DNA of 64,000 nucleotides from an uncultured Gemmatimonadales bacterium (GTDB lineage Bacteria; Gemmatimonadota; Gemmatimonadetes; Longimicrobiales; RSA9): NCBI GenBank assembly GCA_963798845.1, contig CAWCUS010000004.1, positions 384,001 to 448,000 of the forward strand, read 5' to 3'. Shown piece by piece: positions 58,797 to 64,000 of this stretch (position 1 is its first letter; each line of letters starts with the position of its first letter). The notes under the pieces were generated by a model. It saw only the letters and a program-made list of their open reading frames with translations, ran no database searches and was not told where the DNA came from. The position numbers and the translations under genes were made by a program.

Positions 58797-60116
58797 GTGC
58801 CCCAGCCCCAATCGACAGGCGGCCCCGCCCTCCTGCGGGCGCTCCGGCACCGCAACTATCGGCTGTTCTTCGCCGGCCAGGGCGTTTCGCTCATCGGGAC
58901 ATGGGTCACGCGCGTGGCCACGAGCTGGCTGGTCTGGCGACTCACAAACTCCGCCGGCATGCTGGGGATCGTCGGCTTCACGGGACAGATCCCCACCTTC
59001 CTCCTCGGGTCGTTCGCCGGCGTGTGGGTCGACCGACTCGACCGCTACCGCGTGCTGGTCACCACCCAGGTGCTCGCCATGGTCCAGTCCTTCGTCCTGG
59101 CCACACTGGCGCTCACCGGGGTCATCCAGATCTGGCACATCCTGGCGCTCCAGGCCTTCCAGGGCGTCATCAACTCCTTCGACACCCCCGCCCGCCAGTC
59201 CTTCCTCATCGACATGATCGAGGACAAGAGCGACCTCCCCAACGCCATCGCGCTCAACTCCTCCATCGTGAACGGCGCGCGGCTCATCGGGCCGTCCATC
59301 GCGGGGCTCGTGATCGCTTGGATCGGCGAGGGCTGGTGCTTCCTCGGCGACGGCGTCAGCTATGTCGCCGTGATCGCTTCGCTCCTCCTCATGCACGTGT
59401 CCCGGCGTCAGCGGCCGTCCACTCGGAAGAACGTGCTCCAGGACCTGCGCGACGGGTACCGCTACACGTTCGGCTTCGCGCCGATCCGCGCCGTGCTGCT
59501 CCTGCTGGCGCTCGTCAGCCTCGTGGGAATGCCGTACACCGTGCTGCTCCCCGTCATCGCCGCGCGCACCCTCCACGGCGGCGCCCACACCCTCGGCTTT
59601 CTCATGGGCGCCACCGGCGTCGGTGCCCTCGGCGGAGCCCTCTATCTCGCCTCCCGCCGCACGGTGGTTGGCCTCGGCCGCCTGATCCCGATCGCCGCGT
59701 CCCTTTTCGGCGCAGGGCTGATCGCCTTCGGGCTCTCCCGCGCCCTCTGGCTCTCCCTCCCACTCATGCTCGTCACCGGCGTCGGCTTCATGCTCCAAAT
59801 GGCGTCCAGCAACACGGTCATCCAGACGCTCGTCCGTGAGGACATGCGCGGCCGGGTCATGGCCTTTTACGCCATGGCCTTCATGGGGATGGCCCCCTTC
59901 GGCAGCCTGATGGCCGGTGCCGTCGCCAGCCGGATCGGCGCACCCGAGACCGTGACGATCGGCGGTATCATCTGCATCGTCGGCGCGCTCGGATTCTGGC
60001 GCCAGCTGCCTCGCCTGCGCGCCATCGTCCGACCCATCTACGTCGAGAAGGGCATCCTCCCCGAGGTGGCCACCGGGCTGGGCACCGCGACCGGGCTCCG
60101 CGAAGGGGTCAGCTGA
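58797..60116 (+). CDS. MFS transporter (MFS_3 / EntS-like)
   Basis: 'ALRHRNYRLFFAGQGVSLIGTW', 'AGVWVDRLDR', 'FDTPARQSF', 'NAIALNS', 'MRGRVM'. Confidence 0.92.
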   Translation: MPQPQSTGGPALLRALRHRNYRLFFAGQGVSLIGTWVTRVATSWLVWRLTNSAGMLGIVGFTGQIPTFLLGSFAGVWVDRLDRYRVLVTTQVLAMVQSFVLATLALTGVIQIWHILALQAFQGVINSFDTPARQSFLIDMIEDKSDLPNAIALNSSIVNGARLIGPSIAGLVIAWIGEGWCFLGDGVSYVAVIASLLLMHVSRRQRPSTRKNVLQDLRDGYRYTFGFAPIRAVLLLLALVSLVGMPYTVLLPVIAARTLHGGAHTLGFLMGATGVGALGGALYLASRRTVVGLGRLIPIAASLFGAGLIAFGLSRALWLSLPLMLVTGVGFMLQMASSNTVIQTLVREDMRGRVMAFYAMAFMGMAPFGSLMAGAVASRIGAPETVTIGGIICIVGALGFWRQLPRLRAIVRPIYVEKGILPEVATGLGTATGLREGVS

Positions 60117-60382
60117 CGGGCCTGGCGGCGCCGAGCCCGAGGGTCGGGCCGCCGCCCCCCGCGGCCGCACCGCGTTCGGCCGGCATGCGGGGAATGCCCC
60201 ACGAGGGGTGTGCGGAACATCCCCTCCGGAAATTCCGGGATCGCCTTCTTTCATCCGGTGAGCGCGCGCCGGTTATTGATTACATCCCGTGCGTCAGTGC
60301 GACGCCCTCCGTGCGACAGGGCCCGGGCCCTGCCGTTCGCGGGGCTCGCCGGCCGTTCGATCCTCGGATCCCCGAATGCCCC

Positions 60383-62071
60383 ATGAGCACCGTCGCAACG
60401 CCGAATGCGGGTCTGGACCGGGAAACGCTGGACCTGATCCTGTCTGCGATCCGGGACTTCTCGGCAGAGCACCTGCCGAAGGCGAGGCTGCTGGAGCTGG
60501 ACGCCAGCCACGAGTTCCCCGAGGAGACGATCCGGGCCATGTGCGGGGAGCTGGGCGTGCAGCTGCTCTTCATCCCGGAGGCGTATGGCGGGATGGCCGG
60601 CGGCGCGTTCGACGTGTACCGCGTGTGCGAGGTCCTATCGGGGATCGACCTCGCGGTGGCGACGGGGGTGCTGGCGACCTTCCTGGGCAGTGACCCGATC
60701 CTGTGGGGTGGCACGGAGGAGCAGAAGGCGCGCTGGCTGGGTCGCATTGCGGAGGAGGGGCTGCTGATGGCGTACGGCGCCACGGAGCCGGAGGCGGGCA
60801 GCGACCTGGCGGCGCTGCGGACTGTGGCGAAGCGGGTGGAAGAGGGCGGCGTCGTGGTCGGCTACCGGATCGACGGCGCGAAGATGTGGATCAGCAACGG
60901 TGGCTTCGCGGACCTGTACAGCATCCTGGCGCTCGCCCCCGGCGGCCCCACCTGGTTCGTGCTGGAGCGGGGAGTGGAGGGGCTCGGCTACGGGAAGCCG
61001 GAGGACAAGCACGGGATCCGGGCCAGCAACACGGCGGCGCTCTCGTTCGACGACGTGTACGTCCCGGTGTCGGACCTGGTGGGCGGAGTGGAGGGGCAGG
61101 GGCTGGTGCAGGCGCAGCTCGTGTTCGGGTATACGCGGCTCATGGTGGCGGCGTTCGGCCTGGGCGGCGGATGGGCGGCGCTGGACCGGGCGATCGAGTA
61201 CTCGAAGACGCGCATCCAGGCGGGCGGTCCGCTGTCGGAGAAACAGGGATACACGCACAAGCTGATCGTCCCGCACGCGTGCCGGCTGGAGGCGGGCCGC
61301 GCGTGCATCGAGGAAACGGCGATGCGGATCGACGGGGGAGAGGGCGCGCTGAACACGGAGGGCGCCATCGCCAAGTACATCGCCACGGAGGCGGGCAACG
61401 CGGCGGCGGACGCCGCGATTCAGGCGCTGGGTGGCTACGGTTACGTGCGCGAGTACGAGGTGGAGAAGATCCGCCGCGATGTTCGCATCACCACGATCTA
61501 CGAGGGCACGTCGGAGATCATGGAGATGACCATCGCCAGGGACCGCTGGCAGCAACACCTGAAGACGCGGGGCCAGCACTACCACGAGGAGGCGATGAAG
61601 CTGGAGGCGCTGGCAGCCACCACTCCGACGGTCGGCGCCGGGACGGTCGCCCTGGGGGCCCACGCACTCGCCGAGCTGCTGGAGTGCGCGCGGATCCAGC
61701 GCCTGACCCGCAGCCAGCACCTGCTGTTCCGCTTCGGGGACCTCATCGCGCGGCTGGAAGCGGCGGCCGCGCTGGCTCGCCGGGCGGCGCGGGCTGCGGC
61801 GGGCGGAATGGCGGACAAGGCCGTTCGTCGCCTGGGGCCTGGCGCTCTGGCGGCCGCGAGCCGGATCTATGCCCGGGAAGCGGCGCTCGCGGTGTCGTCG
61901 GAAGGGATGCGCTGGGCCGTGGGCGGAGACGGGGTGCCGCCGGCCGAGCTCGCCGGATTCCAGCAGTCGCTCCGTGTCGGGCTCATCCACGCGGCGCAGG
62001 CGGGGCTGGTGGCGGACATGGATGTCGTGGCGGATGCACTGTACGGTCGCAACACGAACGGAGTCGCATGA
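60383..62071 (+). CDS. Acyl-CoA dehydrogenase with C-terminal helical extension
   Basis: 'IPEAYGG', 'GTEEQKARWL', 'ATEPEAGSDL', 'GAKMWISNG', 'KHGIRASNT', 'IQALGGYGY', 'IYEGTSEI', plus about 170 aa extension. Confidence 0.93.
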   Translation: MSTVATPNAGLDRETLDLILSAIRDFSAEHLPKARLLELDASHEFPEETIRAMCGELGVQLLFIPEAYGGMAGGAFDVYRVCEVLSGIDLAVATGVLATFLGSDPILWGGTEEQKARWLGRIAEEGLLMAYGATEPEAGSDLAALRTVAKRVEEGGVVVGYRIDGAKMWISNGGFADLYSILALAPGGPTWFVLERGVEGLGYGKPEDKHGIRASNTAALSFDDVYVPVSDLVGGVEGQGLVQAQLVFGYTRLMVAAFGLGGGWAALDRAIEYSKTRIQAGGPLSEKQGYTHKLIVPHACRLEAGRACIEETAMRIDGGEGALNTEGAIAKYIATEAGNAAADAAIQALGGYGYVREYEVEKIRRDVRITTIYEGTSEIMEMTIARDRWQQHLKTRGQHYHEEAMKLEALAATTPTVGAGTVALGAHALAELLECARIQRLTRSQHLLFRFGDLIARLEAAAALARRAARAAAGGMADKAVRRLGPGALAAASRIYAREAALAVSSEGMRWAVGGDGVPPAELAGFQQSLRVGLIHAAQAGLVADMDVVADALYGRNTNGVA

Positions 62072-64000
62072 TGGACAGCAGCGCGCGCAGCAGGTCGGTG
62101 GCCATCGTCGGGGTGGGCGCGGTCCTTCCGGATGCGGCGGATGCGGCGGTCTTCTGGAGGAACCTGCTGGACGGTCGCTCCAGCATCCGGGAGGTCCCCC
62201 GCGATCGGTGGAACCCGGACCTCTACTACGACGCGGATCCGCGCGCGCCCGACCGCACGTATTCGAAGATCGGCGGCTGGGTCACCGACTACGAGTGGGA
62301 CCCGCTCGGCTGGCGCATGCCGATCCCGCCAAAGGTCGCGGCCGCGATGGACCCCACGCAGAAGTACGCCATCGCCGCGGCACGCCAGGCACTGCTGGAT
62401 TACGGCTATCCCGAGCGTCCGCTGGATGGGGAGCGCACGGCGGTGATCCTCGGCAACGCAATGGGCGGCGACCATCACCTCCTGACCAGCGCGCGCATCC
62501 TCTTCCCCGAAATGGCGGAGGAGCTGCTCGCTGCGCCCGCGTACCGCGCCCTCCCCGCGGACGTTCGCACTGCGCTCCTGGAGGAGCTGCGCGCCGGCGT
62601 CGGCCGCCGCATCCCGGACATCACCGAGGACACGATGCCCGGCGAGCTGTCCAACATCACGGCGGGGCGCATCGCCGCGCTCTACGACTTCCGGGGCCCC
62701 AACTTCGTGACGGACGCCGCGTGCGCCTCCGCCATGGCCGCGCTCTACGCCGCCATCGACGGCCTGGAGAACGGGGACTACGACGCCGTCCTGTCCGGCG
62801 GCGCGGACGCGAACATGAGCCCGTCCGCGTTCGTGAAGTTCTGCAAGATCGGCGCGCTCAGCGCCACCGGCTCGCGCCCGTACGCCGAGGGCGCGGACGG
62901 CTTCGTCATGGGTGAGGGCTCGGTGGTGTTCGTGCTGAAGCGGCTCGCGGATGCCGAGCGCGACGGCGATCGCGTGTACGCGGTCATCCGCGGCGTGGGC
63001 GGCTCCAGCGACGGCCGCGGCAAGGGGATCACCGCGCCCAACCCTGTCGGTCAGCAGCTGGCCGTGCAGCGCGCCTGGGCGAACGCCGGCCTCGCGCCCC
63101 GCGCGGGCGACCTGATCGAGGGGCACGGCACGTCCACACGCGTGGGCGATGTCGTGGAGGTCACGAGCATGAACGAGGTGTTCGCCGGCGCCGCGCTCGC
63201 TCCGGGCTCCCTCATGCTCGGCTCGGTCAAGTCGAACATCGGGCACCTGAAGGGTGCAGCCGGCGCAGTGGGCATGCTGAAGGCCGCGCTCTCGCTCCAC
63301 CACGGCGTCGTGCCGGCCAGCATCAACTTCGCCCGGCCGAACCCCGGGATCGACTTCGCCCGGGCCACCATGGCGGTATCGGCTGAGACCACCGATTGGC
63401 CGCGTCGCACGGACGGAACGGCCCGCCGCGCCGGCTTGAGCGCGTTCGGCTTCGGCGGCACGAACTTCCACGTGGTCATGGAGGAGTACGTGCCGGGCGC
63501 GGTGCCACGGACGCAGGTGCGGGGCGCTGGCGCGGGCGACACGGCCTCGGTCGGGACGGCCACCGCCGGCGGCGCGACCTCTCCCGCCGCAGGTCTCCAG
63601 CCCTCCGCCCGCCCCGAGGCCGCCTCGCCCGGGGCGCCGGCCCCGCCGCTCAAGGCCCCGCTCCGGGGGGCGCTCGTGATCGGCGGGAGGACCGAGGCTG
63701 AGATCGCGGGTCGCCTGAAGGGGGTGAAGGCGGAAGCCGAGCGCGGCATCGCCCCGCCGCCTGCGCCGCCCGCCCGGGCCGACCTCGACGCTCCCATCCG
63801 GCTCGCCGTGGACTACGGCGACGCCGCCGAGCTGGCGGATCTCGCGGGGCGGACGCTGGCGGCGCTGGAAGCGGGCGACGCCGGCCGCTGGCGCGCGCTG
63901 CGGAACAAGGGCGTCTTCCTGGGGCGGGGCACCCCGGGGAAGGTGGCGTTCCTGTTCACGGGGCAGGGCTCGCAGTACGTGAACATGCTGCGCGAGCTGC
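62068..64000 (+). CDS. Type I polyketide synthase, PfaA-like (KS domain and start of AT; 3' truncated by window edge)
   Basis: Absent from the ORF track because there is no stop. ATG 62068 overlaps the ACAD TGA. Translates to 'VAIVGVGAVLPDA..FWRNL', KS 'DAACAS', 'EGHGTST', 'KSNIGHL', 'SAFGFGGTNFHVVMEE', then AT start 'KVAFLFTGQGSQYVNM'. Confidence 0.93.
   Translation, partial: MMDSSARSRSVAIVGVGAVLPDAADAAVFWRNLLDGRSSIREVPRDRWNPDLYYDADPRAPDRTYSKIGGWVTDYEWDPLGWRMPIPPKVAAAMDPTQKYAIAAARQALLDYGYPERPLDGERTAVILGNAMGGDHHLLTSARILFPEMAEELLAAPAYRALPADVRTALLEELRAGVGRRIPDITEDTMPGELSNITAGRIAALYDFRGPNFVTDAACASAMAALYAAIDGLENGDYDAVLSGGADANMSPSAFVKFCKIGALSATGSRPYAEGADGFVMGEGSVVFVLKRLADAERDGDRVYAVIRGVGGSSDGRGKGITAPNPVGQQLAVQRAWANAGLAPRAGDLIEGHGTSTRVGDVVEVTSMNEVFAGAALAPGSLMLGSVKSNIGHLKGAAGAVGMLKAALSLHHGVVPASINFARPNPGIDFARATMAVSAETTDWPRRTDGTARRAGLSAFGFGGTNFHVVMEEYVPGAVPRTQVRGAGAGDTASVGTATAGGATSPAAGLQPSARPEAASPGAPAPPLKAPLRGALVIGGRTEAEIAGRLKGVKAEAERGIAPPPAPPARADLDAPIRLAVDYGDAAELADLAGRTLAALEAGDAGRWRALRNKGVFLGRGTPGKVAFLFTGQGSQYVNMLREL

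Noticed and set aside
478..63471. Many long antisense or alternate-frame ORFs (for example 1929-4373, 12562-14970, 37009-39384, 39603-42404, 49859-53017, 61867-63471)
   Set aside because: They are shadow ORFs expected in high-GC coding DNA, with Arg/Gly/Pro-rich translations and no motifs, overlapping well-supported genes.

Overview
A high-GC, gene-dense bacterial window. The gene content (three ATPase-less duplicated ABC permeases of the ADOP type, two of them with PadR partners, a TolB-like/TPR membrane protein and several secreted peptidases) suggests Gemmatimonadota or Acidobacteriota; this is inference. In order it holds: the 3' part of a TonB-dependent receptor with a cytochrome c lipoprotein and a ScyD/ScyE lipoprotein; a membrane-anchored protein with a possible gasdermin-like domain and HEAT repeats; a BNR propeller plus MoaD/ThiS pair; a POT peptide transporter; a frameshifted M14 carboxypeptidase; an ADOP permease; NhaR with a divergent orphan ORF; an SBP, histidine kinase, sigma54 activator and TPR lipoprotein module with a readable enhancer and -24/-12 promoter; an ada/alkA-ogt-alkZ repair cluster; prolyl oligopeptidase; bactofilin; DUF1207; a two-component system ahead of a rhodanese/YeeE/YeeE/rhodanese sulfur operon; DinB; two PadR-ADOP units with visible operators; lipoproteins; a PAS kinase; a GT39 glycosyltransferase; galK with an SSS transporter; a frameshifted tricorn protease; DedA; a beta-barrel; an MFS transporter; and an acyl-CoA dehydrogenase coupled to a type I PKS that runs off the right edge. 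I saw no rRNA, tRNA, CRISPR array or transposase. Three small frameshifts may be assembly errors. The best novelty candidates are the TM-gasdermin-like-HEAT protein, the sulfur-relay operon with its shared regulator box, the SBP-driven sigma54 module and the ACAD-PKS pair. All family calls come from motif recognition by eye; no database searches were run.
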